A stretch of 64,000 nt of DNA. Origin: Candidatus Levyibacteriota bacterium (lineage in GTDB: Bacteria > Patescibacteriota > Microgenomatia > Levybacterales > UBA12049). The position numbers and the translations under genes are program-made. The notes beneath the pieces were generated by a model. That model was not told the origin of the DNA. It saw nothing but the letters and a program-made list of their open reading frames with translations, and searched no databases. Position 1 is the stretch's first letter. Every line of letters starts with the position of its first letter. The stretch covers positions 1,656 through 65,655 of the forward strand of contig JBBRCK010000005.1 in NCBI GenBank assembly GCA_038205015.1. The letters are read 5' to 3'. This document shows positions 39,798 through 50,308 of the stretch, in pieces.

Positions 39798-41123
39798 TTA
39801 TTCACCTCCTTCTCTTTTTGTATCCATATTATAAAATTTTATCCTATCTCCTTTGAAAAGTAAATCTACTTCTCCCATTGGCCCATTTCTATGTTTGGCA
39901 ATTAATAATTTTGTAGGAATAATATTCCCCGCTACCTCTGCATCCGTTCGATATAAAAACATTACTACGTCGGCATCCTGTTCTATAGCACCTGACTCCC
40001 TTAAGTCTGCCAGCTGAGGTTTTCTCTCTCCCCTATGCTCAACAGCACGCGACAACTGTGAAACTGCCAATACGGGAATTTTTAATTCTCTGGCTAAATT
40101 TTTTAGTCCTTGGGAAATAATAGAAACTTCTTGAACCCTGTTGTCATATCTTCTTCCCGGATCTGCCAATTGTAAATAATCAACAATTAATAATTTTATT
40201 CCTTGTTCAAGTTGCAACCTTCTGGCTTTTGTACGCATTTCCGAAATTGTAATTCCAGGTGTATCATCAATAAAAATCGGCGCGTCTGCCAACTCACCCA
40301 TAGCCTGGGACAATTTTGTAAAATCGCTTTCTGTTAGTTTTCCTGTTTTTAGTCTCCAAGCATCAACATCCGATTGCCCAATCAACAACCTATCAACTAA
40401 TTCTTCCTGGCTCATTTCCAAAGAAAATATGCCAACCGGAATTTTCTGTTCAATTGCAATATTTTGAGCAATATTAATAACCATTGCTGTTTTTCCTTGA
40501 CCAGGACGCGCTGCCAAAATTAACAAATTAGAAGCTTGCATCCCAGATAAAAGGTTATCTAAATCGTTAAATCCTGTCTTAACTCCTCTATAACCTGCTC
40601 CCTTTTTATGTAAATCATCAATTCTGTCAAAACTCTCGGCAAGACTATCTTTAATCGGAGTAAATCCCCTTAAATTTTGTCCCTGAGAAATTGAAAAAAT
40701 GGCTCTTTCGGCGTTATCTAACAACTTATGAATTTCCTGATCTACTTTGAATGAATCTTCAACAATCTGAGTACCGGCTGTAATTAAATTTCTTTTAGTT
40801 GCTTCTTCTTTAATCATTTGAGCATAGTGCTCAATATTCGCGGCAGTTGGAACGGAGTTTACTAAATCAGAAATATAAGAAGAATCAATTTTTGGTAAGG
40901 TTTTGTTCTTCTTAAGTTTTTCAACCAACGTAATTACGTCAATTGGCTTTCTTTCGTCAAATAACGAAATCATTGCCGAATAAATTATGCCGTTTAAGTC
41001 GTTATAAAAATCTTTCTGAGAAATAATTCCCGACACAAGACCAATTGCATCTTTATCAATAAGGATTGCTCCTAAAACTGAGTTTTCCGCTTCTTCATTA
41101 TGTGGGGGTGTTTTAACTGCCAT
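39798..41123 (-). CDS. dnaB: replicative DNA helicase
   Basis: N-terminal ENSVLGAILID.., Walker A AARPGQGKTAM, ..IVDYLQL.., RecA-like C-terminal domain; 441 aa. Confidence 0.9.
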   Translation of the reverse strand: MAVKTPPHNEEAENSVLGAILIDKDAIGLVSGIISQKDFYNDLNGIIYSAMISLFDERKPIDVITLVEKLKKNKTLPKIDSSYISDLVNSVPTAANIEHYAQMIKEEATKRNLITAGTQIVEDSFKVDQEIHKLLDNAERAIFSISQGQNLRGFTPIKDSLAESFDRIDDLHKKGAGYRGVKTGFNDLDNLLSGMQASNLLILAARPGQGKTAMVINIAQNIAIEQKIPVGIFSLEMSQEELVDRLLIGQSDVDAWRLKTGKLTESDFTKLSQAMGELADAPIFIDDTPGITISEMRTKARRLQLEQGIKLLIVDYLQLADPGRRYDNRVQEVSIISQGLKNLARELKIPVLAVSQLSRAVEHRGERKPQLADLRESGAIEQDADVVMFLYRTDAEVAGNIIPTKLLIAKHRNGPMGEVDLLFKGDRIKFYNMDTKREGGE

Positions 41124-41173
41124 ATTTGTATAAAGACTTTAAGGCAAAATTTAATTTAATGCAAGAGGGTAAA

Positions 41174-41695
41174 TTAGCCAAGAAGCATTATCTCTAATTC
41201 TTCGGGTAATTTATCTTCCGAAACGCTAATTTTCGATGTTTTTACTACGTCTTCTTTACCTAAGGCTTTTGCCCCTTCTTTGGCATGTTGTCCGTATAAA
41301 ATAATAATGCGCGGCTCCATTGCCGTAATTTTAGATTGATTCAACTCAGTATCAACATTTATTACCACAAAGTTATAATCTCCAAGCTTGTCTGCGGAAA
41401 CTTTTTCCAACGAGCTTGATTTTGCAACTATTGCACTTAAGTTATCAAGACTTAATTCATATAGAATATCCCCGTCCGCATTTATAGCAGAAATTTTGAG
41501 TCCTGAAACTTCATATTCCCCTGCTCCCGAAATTGTAACTCTGGAATTATTAACTCTAGAGATGTCAGAATTTTTATCTAAAAGTAAAATTGCGTCTGCA
41601 TCAAATTTTGAAACAGAAGATTGCGGGTCCAGAGCAAGTGTAGTTTTTTTTATTTTTATTTTTAAAGAGTTTTCAGAGAGTGCTTGAAAATCCAT
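41174..41695 (-). CDS. hypothetical protein (173 aa)
   Basis: Beta-rich; no recognisable motif; upstream of dnaB in the same orientation. Confidence 0.4.
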   Translation of the reverse strand: MDFQALSENSLKIKIKKTTLALDPQSSVSKFDADAILLLDKNSDISRVNNSRVTISGAGEYEVSGLKISAINADGDILYELSLDNLSAIVAKSSSLEKVSADKLGDYNFVVINVDTELNQSKITAMEPRIIILYGQHAKEGAKALGKEDVVKTSKISVSEDKLPEELEIMLLG

Positions 41696-41767
41696 AACAA
41701 AAATATCCTAACATATCTAATTTTTCTTGACAAGATAACACTTTTTTCGTATTATCGGATTCTGCAT

Positions 41768-42190
41768 ATGAAACAAGAAAGAGTAATCTTGTCATTTATT
41801 ATGGTGTTAATTGGGCTATTAGTTGCCGGATTAGCATTTTATTTTTACCAAAGTACAAAGGTCGTATCCGACAGATCAAATGCTTCAATTGTTTCTACTC
41901 CAACTCCCACCACCGCGCCAATAATCTTTTTATCTATATCAAATCCAATAAATGAGAGCGTTGTTTCTAATAAAACATTAACTGTTTCTGGAAAAACCGA
42001 ACCGGAAGCAACCGTAATCGTAATTACGGAATCGGGACAGCAAGTTCTTCAGCCATCCTCACAAGGAGACTTTTCCACAACAGTTATTCTAAGCGATGAT
42101 CAAAATTTAATCACAGTTTGGGCACTCACGCCAAATGGTGAGTCAACCAGTATTCAAAAAACCGTAACATATTCGATGGAAAATTTTTAA
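41768..42190 (+). CDS. membrane-anchored protein with Ig-like extracytoplasmic domain, hypothetical
   Basis: Internal Met MKQERVILSFIMVLIGLLVAGLAFYF (TM) then a Thr/Pro linker and an ~90-aa beta domain. Confidence 0.45.
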   Translation: MKQERVILSFIMVLIGLLVAGLAFYFYQSTKVVSDRSNASIVSTPTPTTAPIIFLSISNPINESVVSNKTLTVSGKTEPEATVIVITESGQQVLQPSSQGDFSTTVILSDDQNLITVWALTPNGESTSIQKTVTYSMENF

Positions 42191-42192
42191 AT

Positions 42193-42948
42193 ATGAAAAA
42201 TAAACTCTTTATTACCTTAATATTTATTACTGCTGGGTTTATTTTTGTTCAAACAATTAATGCCGCTACACTAACGCCAACCCAGCCAACTATAAAAAAT
42301 CAGATTGATGAATTAAAAACTAAAATTGCTTCCAAGGTTGCAGAATTAAATTTGGTTGAAAAAAGAGGAATCATCGGAGTTGTAACCGCCTCTTCTGATA
42401 CTCAAATTACTCTCTCCGACATAAATAATAATGTTAGAATTGTTGATGTCGATGAAATAACTAAATTTTTCTCATCAAATTCTAAAACATTCGGAATATC
42501 AGACATAAAAACAGGAACAAGACTTGGAATATTGGGACTTTATAATAAACAATCAAGAAGAATTTTGGCAAGACAAGTAAACGAACTAACAACGGAAGCA
42601 AAGATTATATTTGGCGGGGTAAGCGTGCTTGATAGCAAAAATTTTGAAATTACTTTAATTAAAGAGAATGAGCAAAAAATTGTTATTGAGGTGGCAGATT
42701 TAACTAAAACCTATTCTTACTCCTCTGGGAACCTTGTAAAATTTGGGTTTTCAAAAATAAAATTAACAAACACCGCACTTGCAATCGGCTTTACCGATAA
42801 AAACGACCCGAATAAAATCTTGGCAACAAGGCTAATTATTCTTCCAGACGTAGATTTAACATCAAGAATTAATCTTGCTCCATCCGTTGCGCCTTCTATT
42901 CCTCCGTCAACCGGCTCCGGAATGAAACTCTTTCCAATCAAACGCTAA
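42193..42948 (+). CDS. secreted hypothetical protein
   Basis: Signal peptide MKNKLFITLIFITAGFIFVQTINA; 251 aa, no known domain. Confidence 0.5.
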   Translation: MKNKLFITLIFITAGFIFVQTINAATLTPTQPTIKNQIDELKTKIASKVAELNLVEKRGIIGVVTASSDTQITLSDINNNVRIVDVDEITKFFSSNSKTFGISDIKTGTRLGILGLYNKQSRRILARQVNELTTEAKIIFGGVSVLDSKNFEITLIKENEQKIVIEVADLTKTYSYSSGNLVKFGFSKIKLTNTALAIGFTDKNDPNKILATRLIILPDVDLTSRINLAPSVAPSIPPSTGSGMKLFPIKR

Positions 42949-42988
42949 TTCTCTTTACTTCTTATTATTTTTGTCTGTATAATAAATT

Positions 42989-43999
42989 ATGTTCGAAGAT
43001 TTGAAAAAAGAACTATCATCTTTTAAGCTATTAGCTAGTCTTTTAACAGTTGCTGTTTCAATCTATCTTCTCCAGATTTTTTGGCAGATATTCCAAAATT
43101 TTTTCGACGTTGTAATTATTCTTGTTGTTGCCTGGTTGTTAAGTTTTATACTCGAACCATTAGTAGATTTAGTTTCTAAATTCTCAAAGCTTTCAAAAGT
43201 TTTTGCTGCACTACTGGTATATATTTCTTTTGGAATTTTATTTACCCTGATGATATTTATTTTTATTCCTATAATTACATCGCAATTTCAATCCCTTTCT
43301 AAAATTATTCCTCAATTCCTATCTTCTTATCCGGTTTATTTAAAAGCTTGGAATAACGCAGTTGAAGGTTCAGTAAATATATTAATATCTTTAATACCCT
43401 CTCTTGCAACTGCATTTATAGATATAATTTTTATACTATTTCTATCATTTTATTTAATTATCGATAAGGATAAAATTAATGAGGAGCTATATAAACTAGC
43501 ACCTAATAGTTGGCATAAAAATTTAAAGTTTGTCCAAAAAGTTGTTAACAGTACTTTTTCATCTTTTTTACAAATTCAAGTAATCTTTGGCATCATTGCC
43601 GGAATTACAACCTGGATGGTTCTAACAATTTTTGGAGTTAATTTTGCCGCATCAATTTCTTTTTTAGCCGGTATCTTAACCGTTATCCCTCTGATTGGTC
43701 CACTTTTAGCCTTAGTTCCACCTATTTTCGTAGTGTTAGCAACTAATCCAAATAATCTTACTCTTGCTCTAATCATTCTTGCAATCCTACTTCTTATTCA
43801 ACAGATTATGCTTAATTATATCGGGCCGAAACTAATGGGAAGAGCTTTTAAACTTCATCCCATTGTTGTTTTCTTATCAATCATCATTGGTTATAAAATT
43901 GCCGGAGGGTTCGGAGCTGTTTTTGCCGTGCCAATTCTTGGAATTGCTGTAATAGTTTTAAAGGAGCTTGGGCACTACTTCATAAACCCCGAAAAATAG
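42989..43999 (+). CDS. AI-2E family (PerM/YhhT-like) transporter
   Basis: 8 TM, conserved C-terminal block ..IPLIGPLLALVPPIFVVLA.. and ..GAVFAVPILGIAVIVLKE. Confidence 0.75.
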   Translation: MFEDLKKELSSFKLLASLLTVAVSIYLLQIFWQIFQNFFDVVIILVVAWLLSFILEPLVDLVSKFSKLSKVFAALLVYISFGILFTLMIFIFIPIITSQFQSLSKIIPQFLSSYPVYLKAWNNAVEGSVNILISLIPSLATAFIDIIFILFLSFYLIIDKDKINEELYKLAPNSWHKNLKFVQKVVNSTFSSFLQIQVIFGIIAGITTWMVLTIFGVNFAASISFLAGILTVIPLIGPLLALVPPIFVVLATNPNNLTLALIILAILLLIQQIMLNYIGPKLMGRAFKLHPIVVFLSIIIGYKIAGGFGAVFAVPILGIAVIVLKELGHYFINPEK

Positions 44000-44021
44000 A
44001 AAATTATGATATCATATAGCT

Positions 44022-45242
44022 ATGGTAAACGTACAAACTCTTAAAGGTTTTCGTGATTTTTTGCCCTCCCAGGTAAGAAAAAGAGAATATGTTTTAAACA
44101 TCTTAAAAAAGGTGTTTGAGTCTTATGGCTTCCAACCCCTAGAAACCCCGGCATTAGAATATGAAGAACTATTAACCGGAAAATACGGAGCTGAAGGAGA
44201 CAAGTTAATGTATAAATTTGTCGATAATGGGGAAAGGAAAGTTGCACTTAGATACGATCAAACTGTTCCCTTGGCAAGGGTAATTACTCAATATCAAAAC
44301 GAGCTTACCCTTCCCTTTAAAAGGTATCAGATCCAAAACGTCTGGAGAGCGGATAACCCGCAAAAAGGTAGATATAGGGAATTCTTGCAAGTTGATGGAG
44401 ACATTGTTGGAGCTTATTCCCCTTCTTCTGATGCAGAAATAATTGCAATTGTGATAAAGAGTCTACAAAATTTAGGATTCAAAAAATATAAAATTTTAAT
44501 AAACGATCGGATGCTTTTTGCAAACCTTCCAAATTTGGGTATTTGCGATAAAGATATATCTGCCTTTATCAAAGCTATCGATAAGCTTAAAAAAATAGGT
44601 AAAGAAAAAGTTATTGAAGAACTTACTAAAAATGGCATTGCAAAAGAAAAAGCAGAGTATTTACTGGGTACTTTAGAGTCAGAAAAACCAACTCAAAGAA
44701 TTAGCGACATATTTTTAGCACTAGATAAATTGAATATAGATATGAAATCAGTTGAATTTTTGCCGAATCTCGCAAGAGGCCTAGATTATTACACCGGTAT
44801 GATTTTTGAGGTTGAAATAGAAGATTACGATGCTGGATCAATTGCTGGTGGAGGAAGATATGATAATTTAATTGGCTTGTTTGGTGGAAAAGATATTCCA
44901 GCTGTTGGCTTTGCGTTTGGATTTGACAGGGTTATCGAAGCAATGGAAAATTTAGATTTGTTTCCAAAAAATTTAAATAAAAATAACGTCTTCATTGCCT
45001 TTTCAACTGCGGAGCTACAAGATAAAGCTATAAAAATAACTTCAGAACTTAGAGACAAGGATATAAATGCTGAATATTATTTAGGAGATACAAATTTGGA
45101 AAAACAATTAAAATACGCGGACAAAAAACAAATTCCCTACTCTATTGTTGTTTTGGAAAATGAATTAAACTTTAAAGATATGCAGCAAAGAACTCAAGAA
45201 ACTTTATCTTTAGAAGAAATTATTAAAAAACTTAAAAACTAA
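44022..45242 (+). CDS. hisS: histidine--tRNA ligase
   Basis: MVNVQTLKGFRDFLP.., class II aaRS motifs (..FKRYQIQNVWRADNPQKGRYREFLQVDGDI.., ..GGGRYDNL..), C-terminal anticodon-binding domain. Confidence 0.9.
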   Translation: MVNVQTLKGFRDFLPSQVRKREYVLNILKKVFESYGFQPLETPALEYEELLTGKYGAEGDKLMYKFVDNGERKVALRYDQTVPLARVITQYQNELTLPFKRYQIQNVWRADNPQKGRYREFLQVDGDIVGAYSPSSDAEIIAIVIKSLQNLGFKKYKILINDRMLFANLPNLGICDKDISAFIKAIDKLKKIGKEKVIEELTKNGIAKEKAEYLLGTLESEKPTQRISDIFLALDKLNIDMKSVEFLPNLARGLDYYTGMIFEVEIEDYDAGSIAGGGRYDNLIGLFGGKDIPAVGFAFGFDRVIEAMENLDLFPKNLNKNNVFIAFSTAELQDKAIKITSELRDKDINAEYYLGDTNLEKQLKYADKKQIPYSIVVLENELNFKDMQQRTQETLSLEEIIKKLKN

Positions 45243-45964
45243 CTAAATTCTGCTAGCGCTTTTGAAACATCTTCCAACGTAGTTTTTCCCAAACCTACAT
45301 AATTTTCTAAGATTTGAGTTTTTTTAAGAATATTTTCTTTATTAGTTGCAAATTGATGCGGATCAGAAGTTTTTATAAAAGTATCGGTTTCTTTATCCCA
45401 CTCAAATATTGTATGTCCCATCGGATTACCCTCTGCGACATAATGAACTTCGTAAACTTGAGACAATCTTCTTTTTGCATTTGCCGGCGTTGTACCAAAC
45501 ACTTCAATATACAAAACCAACTTAATTAAAGAGACATCCTGATCACTTATTGCGTTTTCTCTTGTTAACTGAATTATTGCATCTTCTGCGCTATCGGCAT
45601 GAATACAACCTTGCAGAGAATATCCTTTTTTAACAAGTTCAAAAACCTGTTGAGATTTTTCCCCCCAAATATATCCCGGCACTACAACCGGATTAAATTC
45701 GGAAACTACTAAATATCCTCCCGGCTTCTCAACATTTAAAAGCTTTTTAGTAACTTCTAAATTATCGGAAATATAATGTAACTGCGTACTATCTCTTCTT
45801 AAACCAAGTATGGCTTTAGAAAGAGTCGATTTACCGACATTTTGATAAATTGCAGAAGTTAAAAAGGACGTCTCCTCAGCTACTGCTTCCCATAAAAATC
45901 CCGCAACCTCGGCACTTAAAGTATGATTGCTTATTAAATCCAGTATTGTAAATTTTTGTTCCAT
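45239..45964 (-). CDS. stand-alone PilT/VirB11-like secretion-ATPase core (N-terminally minimal), P-loop NTPase
   Basis: Walker A-like SAIYQNVGKSTLSKAI, Walker B-like GGYLVVSEF, and ..KKGYSLQGCIHADSAEDAIIQL resembling the TGHLVFSTLHT.. His-box region of PilT/VirB11; 241 aa. Confidence 0.4.
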   Translation of the reverse strand: MEQKFTILDLISNHTLSAEVAGFLWEAVAEETSFLTSAIYQNVGKSTLSKAILGLRRDSTQLHYISDNLEVTKKLLNVEKPGGYLVVSEFNPVVVPGYIWGEKSQQVFELVKKGYSLQGCIHADSAEDAIIQLTRENAISDQDVSLIKLVLYIEVFGTTPANAKRRLSQVYEVHYVAEGNPMGHTIFEWDKETDTFIKTSDPHQFATNKENILKKTQILENYVGLGKTTLEDVSKALAEFS

Positions 45965-46045
45965 TACTTAATAAAGATAACGTAAAAAACTTTAAAACGC
46001 AAGATAATTCTTCACAAGAATTATTTAAGAATTTATGCTTAAGTT

Positions 46046-46354
46046 ATGGCGGAGAAGAATAAGGTAAAAGGAAAAATAATTAAAAAAGGTCGTGGCCCAC
46101 ATATAGGATTTACGGGATTTTTTGTAGTAATTACTATTGGTCTTATTTTAATGTTTATGAATATTGGACTAAGTCTTGGTATTACTTTTAGAATCCCTAC
46201 AACCAATGCGAACTTTACTCTTGCAGGTTGTTTGGGAGAAAAAAATAAAGCACTCGCCTCTTTACCAACGTATCTGACTGGAAAATTAGGCGATAATCAT
46301 GATTTCATAAATCATTCAATGACTAATACAATTGGGCCAATCGAAGGCTGCTAA
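46046..46354 (+). CDS. small membrane protein, hypothetical
   Basis: One TM (GFFVVITIGLILMFMNIGL); 102 aa. Confidence 0.35.
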   Translation: MAEKNKVKGKIIKKGRGPHIGFTGFFVVITIGLILMFMNIGLSLGITFRIPTTNANFTLAGCLGEKNKALASLPTYLTGKLGDNHDFINHSMTNTIGPIEGC

Positions 46355-46418
46355 ATAGGAATAATCGGAAACCAACCCGGCTCCCCCTCAATTGGAATAT
46401 ATTTTAAAATAAAATAAT

Positions 46419-46994
46419 TTACGGAGCTTGGTGAACTAAATACTCTTGTAGACTACCATCAAATTGTCCTTTTTCTTTAGATGCATAAAAAAGAGAAACT
46501 TGTACGCCCTCTTGCCAATCAAGACTTCTACCAAAATAACTAACTAAAGAATCCATATGCGCATCAAATACTTCAGAGCTAGATCTAATTGCTACATCTG
46601 CTGCTGCCATACCAAGTGTTCTATCACCAAAATTGAATCTTGCAACTACTTTGGTGTCAGGATATTTATCTCTAGCAAGCTCTAATGCTTTTTGTAGACG
46701 CAATTCTCTATTTGTTGGAAACCAAAGTAAAACGTTATTATCTAATAAAACTCCTGTGGCTGGTTTTTTGTCTAAAAGGTATTCTTTCCAGATGCTGCTT
46801 GATGCTTCACTTCTAAAATCCTGCTCATAAAACTTAAATCCACCAAAATCTCCACCCCTAATCTTCGTTAAAGGATTCTGCTCTTGAGCTAAAACTCTTC
46901 TTCCCGACCTAGTTCCTTTACCTGTTTGTACTACTCTTTTTGCGTCTATACCTAAATAATTAGGAGCTTCTTGAGTATCTGTGTCTTCTGTCAT
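46419..46994 (-). CDS. hypothetical protein with PIN-like nuclease signature
   Basis: ..ATGVLLDNNVLLWF.. (PIN motif I-like), downstream acidic residues (..LELARD.., ..FGDRTLGMAAADVAI.., ..FDAHMD..); unique 80-aa N-terminal extension. Confidence 0.35.
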   Translation of the reverse strand: MTEDTDTQEAPNYLGIDAKRVVQTGKGTRSGRRVLAQEQNPLTKIRGGDFGGFKFYEQDFRSEASSSIWKEYLLDKKPATGVLLDNNVLLWFPTNRELRLQKALELARDKYPDTKVVARFNFGDRTLGMAAADVAIRSSSEVFDAHMDSLVSYFGRSLDWQEGVQVSLFYASKEKGQFDGSLQEYLVHQAP

Positions 46995-47033
46995 ATATAA
47001 AAGTATTATATCACTAGGACATAAAAATTGAAT

Positions 47034-47288
47034 TTAAAATAAAACGATTGCTTCTAAATCAGCTAACTCTGATTTATATTCATCAGATAACTGACTCCAA
47101 ATAAGAGTATGTGCCAAAATAGCACCCTGTTCTTTTTTCCCCACCAAAGAACCTTCGGCAAGCTGATCCTCAAGTAACAATAAAGAATCTAACTTATTAA
47201 TAGTATCTTGGTCCGGAACAATACAATAATCTCTTCTATCAGGCTCATCGCCTATAATTTCAAGTTTGGGAAATTCTCGCTCTAACAT
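47034..47288 (-). CDS. small acidic hypothetical protein (84 aa), candidate partner/antitoxin of the PIN-like gene
   Basis: Immediately upstream and co-oriented with 46419-46994; pI acidic. TTGCAC-N17-TAGAAT promoter 6 nt before the ATG. Confidence 0.3.
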   Translation of the reverse strand: MLEREFPKLEIIGDEPDRRDYCIVPDQDTINKLDSLLLLEDQLAEGSLVGKKEQGAILAHTLIWSQLSDEYKSELADLEAIVLF

Positions 47289-47385
47289 CTACGTATTCTA
47301 CTACATTGTTATAGGACGTGCAACTGCGTTAGTGGCTTGTTCAACCATCTTGTTTTCAAGCACAAATTAAGCTATAATTATTTTT

Positions 47386-47682
47386 ATGAAATCAGCCGGA
47401 CACCCACAATATTTCGAAAAAGCAGAAGTAGTTTGTGCAGCCTGTGGAGCTAAATTTATAACCGGCTCTACGCTAGAAACTATTCGCGTAGAACTTTGCA
47501 ACAATTGTCATCCTTTTTACACAGGAGAGCAACGGTTTGTTGATACAGGTTCTAGAATCGAAAAATTCCAAAAGAAAGTAGAAACCGGAAAACTTCATGT
47601 TGCCAATAAAAAGGAGAAGGAAGTAAAGAAAGTACAAGGTGCCCCAAAGACTCTTCGAGAGATGTTATTGGAAATTCAATAG
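47386..47682 (+). CDS. rpmE: 50S ribosomal protein L31 (type A, zinc-binding)
   Basis: MKSAGHPQY...CAACG...CNNCHPFYTG, the L31 signature; C-terminal Lys-rich extension. Confidence 0.85.
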   Translation: MKSAGHPQYFEKAEVVCAACGAKFITGSTLETIRVELCNNCHPFYTGEQRFVDTGSRIEKFQKKVETGKLHVANKKEKEVKKVQGAPKTLREMLLEIQ

Positions 47683-47700
47683 CTAAATATCCCCACAACA

Positions 47701-48591
47701 ATGGACGATTACAGACAAACACAAATAGCCGAGCTTGATAAAAAAATTGAAGAAACAAAACTTCTTCTTGAAGACCCCCAAATGACAGAAATGGCAAAAG
47801 AGGAAATAGCTAATCTAGAAAAACAAAAAGAAGACATTCTTACGACTTTTCAAGCAAAAGAGGAAGAAACTTCCGGCGAAGATTTAGATGAAAGAAATGT
47901 AATTATTCAAATTTCCGGAGCCGCAGGCGGAGACGAGGCAACACACTGGGCTCAGGAACTTCTAAGAATGTACACCAGATTCGCAGAAAGAAAAGGGTTA
48001 AAAATTGAAAGCTTGGATGAAGATGTTATGAAAATATCAGGACACGGTGCTTTTGAAATGTTTAAATATGAAGCTGGGGTTCACAGAGTTCAAAGAATTC
48101 CAACCACCGAAAAAAGAGGAAGAGTGCATACTTCAACCGCAGCAGTTTCGGTTTTACCAGAACTTGAAGACATAGATTTACATATTAACCCAGACGATGT
48201 AAAGTTTGAAGCATTCAGAAGCGGCGGACACGGAGGGCAAAACGTTAATAAAGTTTCAACTGCCGTAAGATTAGTCCACGTTCCGTCGGGAATTGTTGTA
48301 ACTTGCCAGACTCAAAGATTTCAAGCACAAAATCGGGAAATAGCACTGGAAATGCTTAGAGCAAAACTTTGGGAAATAGAAGTTGAAAAACAACACGGAG
48401 AAATCGCAGGACTTAAAGCAACACAGGTAGGAAGAGGCATGCGCTCTGAAAAAATCAGAACCTACAATTTTCCTCAAGATAGACTTACAGATCATAGAAT
48501 AAATAAGAACTGGAGTAATTTAGAAGTCATTCTAGAAGGAAATATGGATAAAGTAATTGAAGATATGAAAATCCTGGAAAACGAAGTCTAA
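47701..48591 (+). CDS. prfA: class I peptide chain release factor (RF1-like; short N-terminus)
   Basis: GGQ motif ([13 protein letters not shown]), codon-recognition region [15 protein letters not shown] (PxT-type, RF1-like), GGDEA.. block; 296 aa, shorter than canonical RF1/RF2. Confidence 0.7.
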   Translation: MDDYRQTQIAELDKKIEETKLLLEDPQMTEMAKEEIANLEKQKEDILTTFQAKEEETSGEDLDERNVIIQISGAAGGDEATHWAQELLRMYTRFAERKGLKIESLDEDVMKISGHGAFEMFKYEAGVHRVQRIPTTEKRGRVHTSTAAVSVLPELEDIDLHINPDDVKFEAFRSGGHGGQNVNKVSTAVRLVHVPSGIVVTCQTQRFQAQNREIALEMLRAKLWEIEVEKQHGEIAGLKATQVGRGMRSEKIRTYNFPQDRLTDHRINKNWSNLEVILEGNMDKVIEDMKILENEV

Positions 48592-50276
48592 ATGTATTTA
48601 TTGTCTTTTTCCCTGAGATCCTCAATCTTATCAATATGATTTTCTAAAATAATCTTAGCAATCTGTCTTCCACCAGCTAGATGAGGCAATATTACATAAT
48701 CTGCTCCCTCTTTATACAAAATTTTTGCATCCCGAGAATCAAGTGCCATCATTACTACTTTTGCACGTCTATTTTCGTGTTTTAGTTCTTTCAACAAGAG
48801 AACATTATCATCCGTGTCGGGAATTGTTGAAATTACCAGTTTTGCATTATCTATTTGTACCCTTTGCTGAATATCTAAATCAGATATATCACCAAAAACC
48901 CGATGAACATTCTTCTTTTCAAATTTCTTAACAACACTTGGATCAAAGTCAACAACTATCACTTCCATATCTCTGTCTTCTAACGCTTCAATAATACTCT
49001 CTCCCATTTGATCTCCACCTATTACAACTACGTGTCCTTTTATATTTTCTAAGTTTTCATCAATTTCAAATATCTCATCTTTTTTAAGATTTGCTCTTTC
49101 CATAAAATCTATTTTTCCCGCAAAAATTCTATAAAGGCTTTTCCAATGAGAAATCATGTAGGTTGAAGTAGCAAAAGTGATAAGACCAACCATCGTAATA
49201 AGTGAAACCGTATTTTGATTAATATGACCAAGCTTAAGACCCAAAAACACCAAAATTAGAGAAAATTCCGATACTTGAGAAAGAGAAACTCCGGTTAAAA
49301 AAGCCGTTCTTTTTCTATAACCTAAGATACTAAAAATAAGCATAACCAAAAATGGTTTTACTAATAAAACGAATATTGACAAAAAAATTGCAGGAATTAT
49401 AATCTGAGAAATATTGGCAAAAGACATCTGAATTCCTAAAAGAACAAAAAATATTACTATAAAAAAGTCTCTTAATATTTTAGCTTTGGCAATTATCTGA
49501 TAATTTACTAAAGAGTTAGCTAGGGCAACCCCTGCTAAAAACCCTCCGATTTCAATTGAAAATCCAACAAATTTAGAGCTAACAACCGCAGCCAAACCAA
49601 AAACCCAAGCTAAGCTTACTAGAAATAATGTTTCAGGAGATTTTGCGATAAATTCAAAAACCTTAGGGAAAATATTCTTGCTTAAATATGCAATTGCACC
49701 AAAGAGAACTGCGGCCTTTACAAAAATTAGACCAAGCGGCAAAATATCTATTCCACCACCCTTTTGTGTGTCAAATCCAGAAAGAAAAATAAGAAAAATG
49801 ATTGCAAAAATATCTTGAAACAAAAGAATTCCCAAAGAAAATTTTGCATGTAAACTGTGCAACTCTCTTTGATCTGACAAAAGTTTTACTACGACTATCG
49901 TTGATGAAAATGTGAGCGCAGTTGCAACATAAAAGGAGGTAATCGTGTCAAATTTAAAAAAGGAGGAAATTAAAAATCCCAAGATAAATGTTCCAAATAT
50001 CTGAGTTAAAGATGACAGAATTAATGCTTTACCCAAAGACATTAATTCCGAAACTCTTATTTCAAGCCCTATCATAAACAAAAGGAGTGTTACTCCAACT
50101 TGAGACATGGTTTGTAACACATCTTTACTTGAGGCTGTAAAAAAGTGGAATGAAGCAATTAATATTCCCGTAAGAATATATGCTAAAATCTCAGGCTGTC
50201 TGAAGAATCTGAAAACTAAAGAAAAAAATGCCGCTATGCAAATAATAACTGTTAGGTCTAAAAATATATTAGCCAT
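48588..50276 (-). CDS. CPA2-family cation:proton antiporter with C-terminal RCK/TrkA-N domain (Kef-type)
   Basis: 12 TM Na+/H+-exchanger-like core, then Rossmann [32 protein letters not shown]. Confidence 0.8.
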   Translation of the reverse strand: MANIFLDLTVIICIAAFFSLVFRFFRQPEILAYILTGILIASFHFFTASSKDVLQTMSQVGVTLLLFMIGLEIRVSELMSLGKALILSSLTQIFGTFILGFLISSFFKFDTITSFYVATALTFSSTIVVVKLLSDQRELHSLHAKFSLGILLFQDIFAIIFLIFLSGFDTQKGGGIDILPLGLIFVKAAVLFGAIAYLSKNIFPKVFEFIAKSPETLFLVSLAWVFGLAAVVSSKFVGFSIEIGGFLAGVALANSLVNYQIIAKAKILRDFFIVIFFVLLGIQMSFANISQIIIPAIFLSIFVLLVKPFLVMLIFSILGYRKRTAFLTGVSLSQVSEFSLILVFLGLKLGHINQNTVSLITMVGLITFATSTYMISHWKSLYRIFAGKIDFMERANLKKDEIFEIDENLENIKGHVVVIGGDQMGESIIEALEDRDMEVIVVDFDPSVVKKFEKKNVHRVFGDISDLDIQQRVQIDNAKLVISTIPDTDDNVLLLKELKHENRRAKVVMMALDSRDAKILYKEGADYVILPHLAGGRQIAKIILENHIDKIEDLREKDNKYI

Positions 50277-50308
50277 TAATTATTTATAACAGGCTTAGCT
50301 CTTTCTCG

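Noticed and set aside
39571-39834. 87-aa W/Y-rich ORF antisense to the Pro-rich repeat gene
   Set aside because: Mirror frame of the tandem repeat. The Pro-rich frame is co-oriented with dnaB and preferred, though neither frame is proven.
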